Origin: Macrostomum lignano
Lineage: Eukaryota
DNA: 64,000 bases
Assembly (NCBI GenBank): GCA_002269645.1
Contig: NIVC01000133.1
Span: 1-64,000, forward strand
Reading direction: 5' to 3'
Positions 1 through 11,300 of the stretch are shown piece after piece. The notes below the pieces were generated by a model that saw only the letters and a program-made list of their open reading frames with translations, did not search any database and had not been told where the DNA came from. Numbering within the stretch: the stretch's first letter is position 1; each line of letters starts with the position of its first letter. A program made the position numbers and the translations under genes.

Positions 1-420
1 TAATAGCATAATATGAAACACATCTGTGACTGCCTATATAAATTATACTTAGCGTATTTACTCGTTTTATTATGTGTTGACCAAGCAATGCAGAAGAGTA
101 TCAAATGCTGTAATAATAATAAATAATAGTTGCATTCTAGTAATTTTTACTTTGTTACCAGATAGGCCTAGCTGCATTCAAAATCATTGATTTCTTCAGT
201 ATTAAATACCACGCTTTAATACATACATGTACGAGTATACATGTACATGTACTGTAATTGTAGTAGTCACAAAAAAGTATGCATGGTCAAATTTAAAAGT
301 AAGAAGTCTAAATGTACATGTATACTTGTAAATATCAATAAAGAAAATAATACACCAGTCTAATTATCAAAGAATTGTCCGAAAACATTATAATCCTAGC
401 TTGTCTAAAAGTGAAAATTG

Positions 421-762
421 ACCCTTGAACTCTTGCTTAGGAGTCAAGAGTTGGGAGCGAAATTTTCTCATTCTATAGGACACACGCTCCTAGAATCACT
501 CCTAAAAGCCAACTCCTAGCTCCTAGACTTCCTCTCCTAACCTAATTCTATAGCATGCCACGGACCTTAATGAGGTCTCCTAAATTCACCCAGGAGTCTC
601 CTAACGTCCTTAAGGAGCCTCCTAGCTCTTAAAATTTACTCTTGATTCTATAGCACAGAAAAGCCAGCTAGGAGCTAGGAGTTAGGACACTCTTAAGGAT
701 TTAGGAGTTAAGAGTATGAGTAAGTAGAGAGTTAAGAGTTAAGATTCTATGGCACGGGCCCC
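421..762. mobile_element. Possible non-autonomous DNA element remnant (MITE-like) with internal inverted repeats
   Basis: AACTCCTAGCTCCTAG (511-526) has its exact reverse complement at 668-683. An ATTCTAT(A/G)G(C/G)A motif recurs at ~470, 546, 646 and 744. The region ends in GGCACGGGCCC. No matching second terminus found. Confidence 0.25.
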
Positions 763-1033
763 TGTCCACTCATTCGATTTCCGGTGCATATATGGAATAA
801 TAATGACTGAAAAGTTTTTAGTAATGTAAGTCTAATTTGTTGTTACTTTTCATATTTTTTAAATATAATTATTGCTAAAAGCGAGATATTAATTTTGTTT
901 GTTAACATGCATTGTTATACTGTGTACATATTTAATACTTCGGATTGGCGTCATTTTTAAATTGAACATGACTAAGTATGATGATTCCTGACAGATAGCC
1001 TAAGTACGTGTTAAAGTAAAGTACTATTGTACT

Positions 1034-1204
1034 CAGTGGCGCAATCAGGATGGGGCGGCCGGAGACCAGAAAAAAATCAAAGGGGGCCAAGCAAATCTTC
1101 ACAAAAAAACAGAGCAGCCCCGTGGCCCATTCCCCCCCCCTTGGGTCTTAACCGTCTTACCCTCCAGAATCAGCCGCCCCCACAAATTTCTGGTTGCGCT
1201 ACTG
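1034..1204. mobile_element. hAT-like MITE (~170 bp)
   Basis: Imperfect TIRs: CAGTGGCGCAATCAG at the left end; the right end reverse-complements to CAGTAGCGCAACCAG. The interior is GC-rich with a C-run, in AT-rich flanks. The 8-bp flanks match only partly (ATTGTACT vs GCTGTTCT). Confidence 0.45.
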
Positions 1205-3079
1205 GCTGTTCTACATGAGTATAAAGATGCTAACAAGCTGTAATTCGCGAAGCAATTAGAAGCAGAAAGAAAATACTTAGAAAAATAATAAAATTATTTT
1301 TATGGGTATACATTTGAATCAACTGAAACAATCAAACCTTTTGCTGGCTGCAATTATATGACACAAAATTTGCGCGATTTTTAACGATGTACTGTGTACA
1401 TGCAGATGCAGGATACATTTTAATAGATACATATGACCAGGCAAACCGTTTAGCTGAAGCTGTCTATTGGGTGTAATTTGAACTTTGACAGTAATCCTGA
1501 GCATTTCAGTATGCGTTCAGTACATTATGTGTATGAATACTTTAAAAATCCCCAGACTATATGCTGATATAATGCTATTATGACTAATTTACAATAGAAG
1601 CATGAATTTTAATTTAGAAATAGTTTTAATAATTCCCTTCTACAGACAAAACTGCGCTATTTCACTAGCATTTTTGTGTCAAATTAAAAATACCCATACG
1701 AATTGTATATGTGCAAATTGTTTTGTACACTCTCTCTCTCTCTCGTAAATTGAACTCAAGTTGAATTGCGGGAAGCAAAAACAGAGATAGACTCAATTTT
1801 ACATGAATTTTACACACTCTGTACACGTATTTGGGCTTGCGTGTGTAATTTTTACATTTATTGGCATTTTTTAAAGCCAAGAAAGACAACTCGGCAAAAT
1901 TCTTTCACAATCTTCAGGACATGATATCCATAGAAAACGCCCACACGAAAAGCAATTCCAACAAGCTGCCCTGCATGTGCGCAAGTTGCGAGGCTTTTAG
2001 CTACACTTTTTATGCATGTGGCCAAGAATAAAGACGAGAAGCGAAGAAGCGACAACAGTGCCAGTCTACGGTCGAATTTCCTTTGGCACAGGGAGAGAGA
2101 GACGCAAGGGTACAGCAGAAGTGTTCTACTGAAGTATTATAGTTCACGGGCAACAATTCGTACGGGTTCTGTGTTCGTTGTTCTCACAGAAAAGAAGTCA
2201 CAGAAAATGACAGCATTAGGGTTTTGGACTAAGGCTACTCTTTTCTTGCTTACTTGAAGAAATGCAAAGTCTAGTTGGTATTAGGGACAGAGGCACATTG
2301 TGAGCTCTGCGTAGTGGCGTATTCCAGCTGCATTGGTGGAGCATATAATGGCCCTCTTGAGTTCTGTCTTCTCTTGTCTTGGCTAAGCTTATTCGAATTC
2401 GAATGTGTGGTCAGCTGGGTTTCCGAGCACACTTAGCAGTCGGACTGTACATCCAGACTTTTAAGTGACAGAAAGAAGGGTAAGCGGAAAACTATTTTGG
2501 GAATAAAAACAGTGAACACCAGACCCGGAAAGTGAGGCCAGCGTGGCCCCGCACTGACGTATAGGCGCGATTCTAATTTTAACTCTGTGCGTAACTCTTT
2601 CAACAATCTGAAACTGCAATGACGTTTGACGCCAAAAATTTGGCAATGGGAGGGGAGGTTGGTTAAACTATTCCGTATGCCCATCTGAGTGGGTGAGGGT
2701 GAGGTGCACCCGCCATTGGAACTGCTACGAGCGTACATGCATGTACTCAGATTGCACATTGGGTAAGAAATAGAAGTAGGGCTGGGCGCGCTGTTGGCAT
2801 GCCAACGAGATGCAATATTGCAGGGACGAGGAGGGCCGCAGTGGAAAGGGCTTTGCTTGGGGCACGAAGAGAGGGTAGAGAGGGCAGAAAGAGAATATAA
2901 ACCCTCTCTCTTCTCTCACCGCCTTGCTACAGTGTAAAGTCGACGCGCGCACGGTTCTTACCAACTAGACTTAGCGGTATTGCGTACACGAAACACGTAT
3001 TTAATACGCCATACGCAACGCACATAAAGCTAGTAGGATAAGCACCAGTGCTCAGCAAATATCTATTCAACAGACAGAT

Positions 3080-5286
3080 ATGACTACAGAGGAGGAGCCA
3101 GTGTCGCTGTCGCTGCAAGAAATTCGCGTAGCAGATGGCTGCGATCAGACTGTCGAAAACGAAGTAACTCAGCTGAATCCGGACACAGCCACTGTTTCCG
3201 ATCAGTCGGACAGTGCGTCGGACGAAGAGCTAGCTGATGATCTAGACCTAGAACAGCTGGATGTTCTTGCTAAGCAGGACACAGAGGAGGCGCTGGAACG
3301 CCTTAAAATGTGGGTATGCAACAAATCTAGGAAGCTATCGCTATCTAGTCAGGATCGTGAGATCTTCGCCCGGCTCACCGAGAAGTATTTTAGCGAACTC
3401 AAGTCGCTGAGCAGCAAGGAGGCGGAGGCTGAACCTGGCACTTCCAGTGTTGTTAGGGAGGCGGATGCGGTTCAATCCTCGAGTCAGCCCCCGAGTCGGA
3501 CTTCCAGTCGAACGTCAAGCCCATTGCCCATGGATCCCGTCAGACGCAGGTTTGCGAGCGACACATCTAGCGAGGCAACTCGGGATATGCCAGTGAATGT
3601 CGAAGGATCCGATTCGGCTTCAGGGTCGGAACGTTCTGCAAAGATACTTCTGTTTCCTGAACACGCTGCCCTGTTCAATGACGACTCGGAAGAGCATCTC
3701 ATTATGCTTGAGGCGCTGCAGAATTTTCTGTCGGAAGAGCGAGACTACTTTCACTCGATCAGTTTAATTTCGCTCTTCAAGCTTTTCAAATACTTGCTAA
3801 TGTATCACCTGGAAAGCGAGTACGACTTCGAGAGCCGTAGCAAATCGGTGAATTTGTCTCGGACTACTGACACGCTGGTGTTCTACAAGCGCCTGTTTGA
3901 CACGGGCCTCGCCCCGCACACCTTCAGACAGGTCTACGAAAAGCTGACCGAAACACAGTCGCATCTGCAGATTAATGTTATCAACGATCGCATAACACGC
4001 TGGGAAAACTATCATGACATCTTTATGCTTCACGGCATGCTAACCGAGTGCTTTCAGGTGTACCAGTCGCGAACTGGAGTGGTCAGTGGATTGGAGCGCA
4101 TGAACTTCCGCTGCTCTGCCACGTGTTCCTTGTGCCTGCTCGATGATCAGTTGGTGGTGGCTCGCACCTGCTGCGGGCAGCATGTCTGCTACGCCTGCTA
4201 CAACGAGTGGGTCCGCACCAAAGTATATGCCCGCACCGTGGAAGTCGGCTGCCCCTGCTGTAGCTGCTTCCTCACCGTCAGCGAGATCATCGAATTCCTT
4301 GGCGACAGGGCTGATCGGTACTACGAAATATTGACGGACCTCAACGGCGATCCAAACAAGAAGACCTGCCCGCAGTGCAATATGGTGACGAAAAATCCAA
4401 ATGAAAAGGCCAGCAAGCGGCTCGGTGGCGAGCTGACTCGCTGTCAGCGCTGCGAGTTCAGTTGGTGCTTCCGCTGCCACTCGCCGCCACACCCGAATAT
4501 GTCCTGCAGCGCCAACAGTAGCGGCAAGCAGATGCTGCGCGACTGGGGTCTGGAGACCTACTTCGACGGGTCGCAGTTCATTCGGAAGGCTCGCAAGTGT
4601 CCGTCCTGCAAAGTGTACATCGAGAAGAATCAAGGCTGCAATCACATGACCTGCAACCGATGCAGCTATCAATTCTGCTACGTGTGCGGCAAGAACTGGC
4701 GCGCTGGCAACTTTGTTTTCGGTCGGCACAGCAGTCGCCTCAGCATATTCGGCTGCAAGCAGAAGCTGTTTCCGGGCAGACCGGCTCTGCGCAAGCTCGT
4801 CCGCGGAACACTCTTCGGTAGGTTGAGCCTATAACTAAATAGAATTTTACGGTTGAATCTTAGTTTGGATAGCTGGAAACAATTTTCCTTTCGAGAACTA
4901 AATGAATACATGTAGTATTGCCAGTAAATGTATTCTTAAACAATCCGATAGCAGCCAATCTTGCAATAAGTTTACCTGCAATGATTTACAAATTCGTAGC
5001 CTATGGCTGCATCGATAACGCTGGTGTTTGCCTAACAGCCTATAGCTAGCAGCGTTAGAGTTCGATCACTTCGTTCGCCCGCCGAGTAGGTGTTATAGTT
5101 AGCCCCAACACAATCTGCACTCTAATCTTTATTCGCTCCAATTCCCTTGTCTCATTGAATATTCTAGTCCTAGAGGCCACCGGTATAGTCATCGCCGTGC
5201 CAATCGGCCTCGCCCTGGTTATCGGCCTGAGCCCGATTCTCGGCGTCATTGGCCTGGGCGTGGTCATCTACAAATGCAAGCACTGA
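3080..5286 (+). CDS. RNF217: RBR (RING1-IBR-RING2) E3 ubiquitin ligase with C-terminal transmembrane tail, RNF217-like; exons 3080-4817 and 5168-5286
   Basis: RING1 CSLC..CCGQH.VCYAC..CPCC; IBR CPQC..CQRC..WCFRCHSPPH..C; RING2 CPSCKVYIEKNQGCNHMTC with the catalytic Cys. The post-RING2 string FGRHSSRLSIFGCKQKLFPGRPALRKLVRG matches the RNF217-type tail as recalled. A phase-1 donor GTAGGT at 4818 joins the acceptor at 5167, giving the hydrophobic VLEATGIVIAVPIGLALVIGLSPILGVIGLGVVIYKCKH*. Confidence 0.88.
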
Positions 5287-5941
5287 TGGCGAAGTTGACG
5301 CCTGATGCACTGATAGGCTAGGCAAACTGTAACTGGCTCTCAACGCGATGGCTGCGACAAAGTTGGACTGATAAAACAAAAGGCCCTTTTTATTTTCTCT
5401 ATCTTAATCTTTGTTTTAACGCTCCGATACCTCGCGATTTAGGTATTGGCAACCAATTCATAAGCCCGTATAACATAAATGCGCACATTGGTCTTTCTAA
5501 GCGCGCTTTACTCTTTCTTCGCCTCTCTTTTCGTCTTAATTTTTTCGCTGTGCTTAACGTTCGACTTTGTCATCGTTCATTCATCCGATTCTCATTGTAC
5601 CTCCGTATCCGGTCGCTTGCCTCGTGCGGATCAATTCAATGCCTACGAGCGTATATTGTATTGAAATCAGAGCTCGATTTTCTCAATTGACACGAACTAT
5701 ATGTTTAAATTAAAGTGAAATAATTTGCTATTTAATTGTTTAAAACACCCAATAAGTCAGTCTACTAGGTTTATTTTCCAACTATGCTTGTAATTGTAAT
5801 GCCCATTCGTCATCTCTCTCTCTGATCATTATCCTGAGTCTCAAGCAGAAATATATATACACGGATGAAGCGTGATTGGCTTTGGCATCGATTGACAATT
5901 GTGCAAGTCAAGCCAGATCATTAGTCACCCCTATAACAGTG

Positions 5942-7534
5942 TCAGCTGGTCAAAGCGTACATTTTGACAGAGTTCTGATTTTGTACACTCGTTTGAGCAG
6001 AAACCGGCCAGCAGGCCAGATGACTCAGAGATGAGCTGTGGCGGCGAGACAGCTGGAGTTCTCCGGCATCGATTGATGCAATTCCAATGCCCACCCCCTG
6101 TGTCGCAAGCTGTACTTTCCTCATCCTCTTCCCCGCCCTTGCTCTCTCCTAGCGGGTTACTAGCAGTTCAGACTCTCCCTCTTCCCACCCCAATGTCCCT
6201 CCCAGCCCCAATACACCCAGAGCCGGGACTGCACTTATAACCCGAGGGACAACACTGGCTGCGGGGACGGAAGGCCCTGAATTGCCTCGTGAATAGGCGG
6301 TGGGAGCGCGCACTGGCCGGCAATGGAAAATCTTGCGTGATATTAATTGAGCAGGTGCGTCTGCAGCTCACGGCCGGGAGTCTAAAATCTTTCGACCTTT
6401 TATTCCCTTGCCGCAATCATGGAGAACTCGAGCCAGAACCTGGGAGTAACAAAATTTACTGCTTCAGAATCTCAATTTTAAGCTGAATATTACTATCTGC
6501 ATTTGATTCGAAATTCATTGCACCTTTCAAGTTAGATATAAAAAAGTTTTTATGCAGAAAATATATTATCCTTTTGAACAGTGCATGGTCTAAGATCGGT
6601 CTATGATTTTAGATTTTGTAGTGAAGTGTCATTAAGAAGAGCCGACAGAGGGTCAAATAGGGGCCTGTAGCCTGATTGGGTGGGGGTCATATAACAGGGC
6701 CTGCGGTCTAACTGGGGGCCATAGGGGGTTTAAGCCTGACTGGGGGGTGGTCATAGGGTGCCTGCGGTCTGATCAAGGGTCATAGGAGGGCCTGTGGCCT
6801 GCCTGGGGGTCATAAGAGGGCCTGTGGTCTAACTAAGGGTCATAGAGGGGCCTGACTAGTCGTCATAGAGGGGCCTGACTAGTCGTCATAGAGGAGCCTT
6901 CAGCCTGACTGGGGGTCATAGGGGAGGTGCAGCCTGATAGGGGGTCATAGGAGGGCCCTGTGGTCTAACTCAGAGGCCAGCCCCCCCCCCCCTGGCCCCC
7001 ATTGGACGCGGCCCAGTGCTTTCTGGACACAAAATGCAACTATAACTATGACAGTGCTTTTATGTCAAAGATAAAAAAATGTGAAAATTCTGTTTTATCA
7101 ATACTTATGTCAGCAGTAAGCTCACAGGCTACATACGCTCATATTGCTCAAAATGCAATGATCCGGAGAACTTAAGTAAAAATTTGAATATCAGTAAGAG
7201 TTTTACATGTAGGTATATGATGACACAGAAAGTCGCTTATCTTTCCTGTGTAAACTTAAAAACTGCAGTCAGCTTACAGTTGTCTGACCTTACTGGGGAG
7301 TCTTCACCTCAGGACCTTGCTCCGAGTCTCCTTGCCTGTAGTAAATTGATTACACGCTGATGCATGGAAAATGCACATGTTTTGAGAACAGTCCCATATT
7401 TTATTCATTTTCACCTGATGCACTTTATTATAATTCAACTTCCTGCATCCAACCAAGCAAGGTGTTTTTGGATATCTAATCTGAGGAGGGTGGAGTGGGC
7501 TGTTTCAAAACCAAAGATTATAACAAATCTATCG
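5942..7534 (-). CDS. Candidate further 3' exons of the giant galectin-fold gene (structure unresolved)
   Basis: Splice-bounded phase 2-2 segments 7454-7534 (DRFVIIFGFETAHSTLLRLDIQKHLAW) and 7294-7335 (QGDSEQGPEVKTP). ORF 5942-6124 ends ASIDAGELQLSRRHSSSLSHLACWPVSAQTSVQ, resembling the galectin C-terminal strands. No continuous phase-consistent chain from exon 8306 could be built. Confidence 0.3.
6655..7018. repeat. Degenerate G-rich tandem repeat (GGGGGTCATAG..GGCCTG.. units), possibly a DNA-transposon end
   Basis: About 10 diverged copies of GGTCATAG-GGGCCTG, ending in a C-run followed by TGGCCCCCATTGGACGCGGCCCAGTG. Confidence 0.5.
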
Positions 7535-8305
7535 CTGGAAATGTTTATTTTCTCGAAAATTAAGTAATTTAATTTAAACAAAAGAAAACACAGGTATTTT
7601 TTTAGATTGGGTAGCGTTTTAATAAAATGTACACAGATGCAACTCCTCTGTGGTGTACGTTAAATATATTGTATTTACCTTGTTGAACGCGAGCAAGATT
7701 GCATTTACGTATTGCATAAAATTACAGTAGTACAAATCCGACAGTAGTATAGTGGGTGCAGCTTTCGAGCATGTTATTTTTTCTGTGAAGTGTATGGATA
7801 AACTATTAAGAAATTTATTAGGCTTTTCTAAATATTTCTGTTATGAACGATCACGCCACATGTAGTGACGGTTAATACCAAAAAACGTATTGCTATTTAA
7901 TTTCTAAGAAAATAAAATGACCTTTCCGCCAATTTTTCCGCCAATATGAGCTCGCCTAACTCACTGGGGCGGGGGCGCACCGATTTGAAGTTAGCTATAC
8001 CGCAAAGCAAATAAGGCAATTTACAAGTGAACTGCATTAACACTGATCAATAGGTTCAGTTGGCAGCTCAGTGAATATACATGCACTGTTTATAGTTAAT
8101 CAAGTTGTTTCGCCCTGTTTTGAATCATCTGACAGCAGATGCCGCAAAAGGAAGTCGGATCGTTCTGCTCGAGGCTCTGGCTAAGAGACTGAACAACGAC
8201 TTGTCGGGACCTTAAAATTGCGGAGTTTTTACCTTTTTGCGAATTTAAGTAGCTCATATTTAATTATATTTAAATACAATCAAAAATAGATAGTTAAATA
8301 ATTAC

Positions 8306-11300
8306 CTGATTTTCCAATTCAACATTGAGCAGACTGATATTGCCAGTGATGACTATCCATCTGGCGTCCTTAGGAGAGATGTCAGCTCTGTAGCTGGAGA
8401 CTATTCGCTTGTTGACTACAAGCTGCAATGTAGCGGCTTCTTAAACTGTGATCACAATCTGTGCTCTGAACTAACAACCAGAGCACAGTGTTTTACTGAG
8501 GCTTGGAATGTTAGATTGAGGCTTGGAATGTTAGAATGAGGCTTGGAATGTTAGATTGAGGCTTGGAATGTTAGAATGAGGCTTGAAATGTTAGAATGAG
8601 GCTTGGAATGTTAGATTGAGGCTTGGAATGTTAGAATGAGGCTTGCAATTGAAGTATCAACTATCGGACAGGGAAATCAACTATCGGACAGGGAAATCAA
8701 CATTTGGACAGGGAAATCAACTATCGGACAGGATAAGCAACTATCGGACAGGGAAATCAACTATCGCACATGGTAAGCAACGATCGGACAGGATAAGTAA
8801 CTATCGGACAGGGTAAGCAACTATTGGACAGGGAAATCAACTATCGGACAGGATAAGCAACTATCGGACAGGGAAATCAACTATCGGACAGGATAAGCAA
8901 CTATCGGACAGGGTAAGCAACGATCGGACAGGATAAGCAACTATCGGACAGGGAAATCATCTATCGGAAATGGTAAGCAACGATCGGACAGGGTAAGCAA
9001 CGATCGGACAGGATAAGCAACTATCGGACAGGGTAAGCAACTATTGGACAGGGAAATCAACTATCGGACAGGATAAGCAACTATCGGACAGGGAAATCAA
9101 CTATCGGACAGGATAAGCAACTATCGGACAGGGAAATCAACTATCGCACATGGTAAGCAACGATCGGACAGGATAAGCAACTATCGGACAGGGTAAGCAA
9201 CTATTGGACAGGGAAATCAACTATCGGACAGGATAAGCAACTATCGGACAGGGAAATCAACTATCGGACAGGATAAGCAACTATCGGACAGGGTAAGCAA
9301 CGATCGGACAGGATAAGCAACTATCGGACAGGGAAATCATCTATCGGAAATGGTAAGCAACGATCGGACAGGGTAAGCAACGATCGGACAGGATAAGCAA
9401 CTATCGGACAGGGTAAGCAACTATTGGACAGGGAAATCAACTATCGGACAGGATAAGCAACTATCGGACAGGGAAATCAACTATCGGACAGGATAAGCAA
9501 CTATCGGACAGGGTAAGCAACGATCGGACAGGATAAGCAACTATCGGACAGGGAAATCAACTATCGGACATGGTAAGCAACGATCGGACAGGATAAGCAA
9601 CTATCGGACAGGATAAGCAACTATCGGACAGGGTAAGCAACTATCGGACAGAGAAATCAACGATCGGACAGGGAAATCAACTATCGGACAGGATAAGCAA
9701 CTATCGGACAGGGAAATCAACTATCGGACAGGATAAGCAACTATCGGACAGGGAAATCAACTATCGGACAGGGAAATCAACTATCGGACAGGGAAATCAA
9801 CTATCGGACAGGATAAGCAACTATCGGACAGGGAAATCAACTATCGGACAGGGAAATCAACTATCGGACAGGGAAATCAACTATCGGACAGGGAAATCAA
9901 CTATCGGACAGGGAAATCAACTATCGGACAGGGAAATCAACTATCGGACAGGGAAGTCAACTATCGGACAGGGAAATCAACTATCGGACAGGGAAATCAA
10001 CTATCGGACAGGGAAATCAACTATCGGACAGGGAAATCAACTATCGGACAGGATAAGCAACTATCGGACAGGATAAGCAACTATCGGACAGGGAAATCAA
10101 CGATCGGACAGGGATAAGCAACTATCGGACAGGGAAATCAACTATCGGACAGGGAAATCAACTATCGGACATGGAAATCAACGATCGGACAGGGAAATCA
10201 ACGATCGGACAGGGAAATCAACTATCGTACAGGGAAATCAACGATCGGACAGGGAAATCAACTATCGGACAGGGAAATCAACTATCGGACAGGGAAATCA
10301 ACTATCGGACAGGATAAGCAACTATCGGACAGGGAAATCAACTATCGGACAGGGAAATCAACTATCGGACAGGATAAGCAACTATCGGACAGGGAAATCA
10401 ACGATCGGACAGGGATAAGCAACTATCGGACAGGGAAATCAACTATCGGACAGGGAAATCAACGATCGGACAGGGAAATCAACTATCGGACAGGGAAATC
10501 AACTATCGGACAGGGAAATCAACTATCGGACAGGATAAGCAACTATCGGACAGGGAAATCAACGATCGGACAGGGATAAGCAACTATCGGACAGGGAAAT
10601 CAACTATCGGACAGGGAAATCAACGATCGGACAGGGAAATCAACGATCGGACAGGGAAATCAACTATCGGACAGGGAAATCAACGATCGGACAGGGAAAT
10701 CAACTATCGGACAGGGAAATCAACGATCGGACAGGGATAAGCAACTATCGGACAGGGAAATCAACTATCGGACAGGGAAATCAACGATCGGACAGGGAAA
10801 TCAACGATCGGACAGGGAAATCAACTATCGGACAGGGAAATCAACGATCGGACAGGGAAATCAACTATCGGACAGGGAAATCAACTATTGGACAGGGAAA
10901 TCAACTATCGGACAGGGAAATCAACTATCGGACAGGGAAATCAACTATCGGACAGGGAAATCAACTATCGGACAGGGAAATCAACTATCGGACAGGATAA
11001 GCAACTATCGGACAGGGAAATCAACGATCGGACAGGGATAAGCAACTATCGGACAGGGAAATCAACTATCGGACAGGGAAATCAACGATCGGACAGGGAA
11101 ATCAACGATCGGACAGGGAAATCAACTATCGGACAGGGAAATCAACGATCGGACAGGGAAATCAACTTTTTGCTTTGCCACTCACTTTGCAATCGCCGTT
11201 ATCCGCCAGCAGTAGGTCGATGGTTCGAATCTCGCTAAACAGCGGCACCGGGCACAGCTCAGCCACTCGAGTCTGGCGGGCGTCGTTCATCCAGGCCAGG

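Noticed and set aside
4040-4729. 229-aa minus-strand ORF
   Set aside because: Antisense shadow of the GC-rich RNF217 RING-IBR-RING region; no recognisable motif.
5001-5050. Alternative RNF217 last exon after the acceptor-like TTCGTAG (AYGCIDNAGVCLTAYS*)
   Set aside because: Weak pyrimidine tract and no TM character; the 5168 exon matches the family tail.
8656-11167. CRISPR-like appearance of this and the other regular arrays (56.0, 57.2, 59.8 and 62.0 kb)
   Set aside because: Units are contiguous with no unique spacers, no cas genes are present, and the context is eukaryotic introns.
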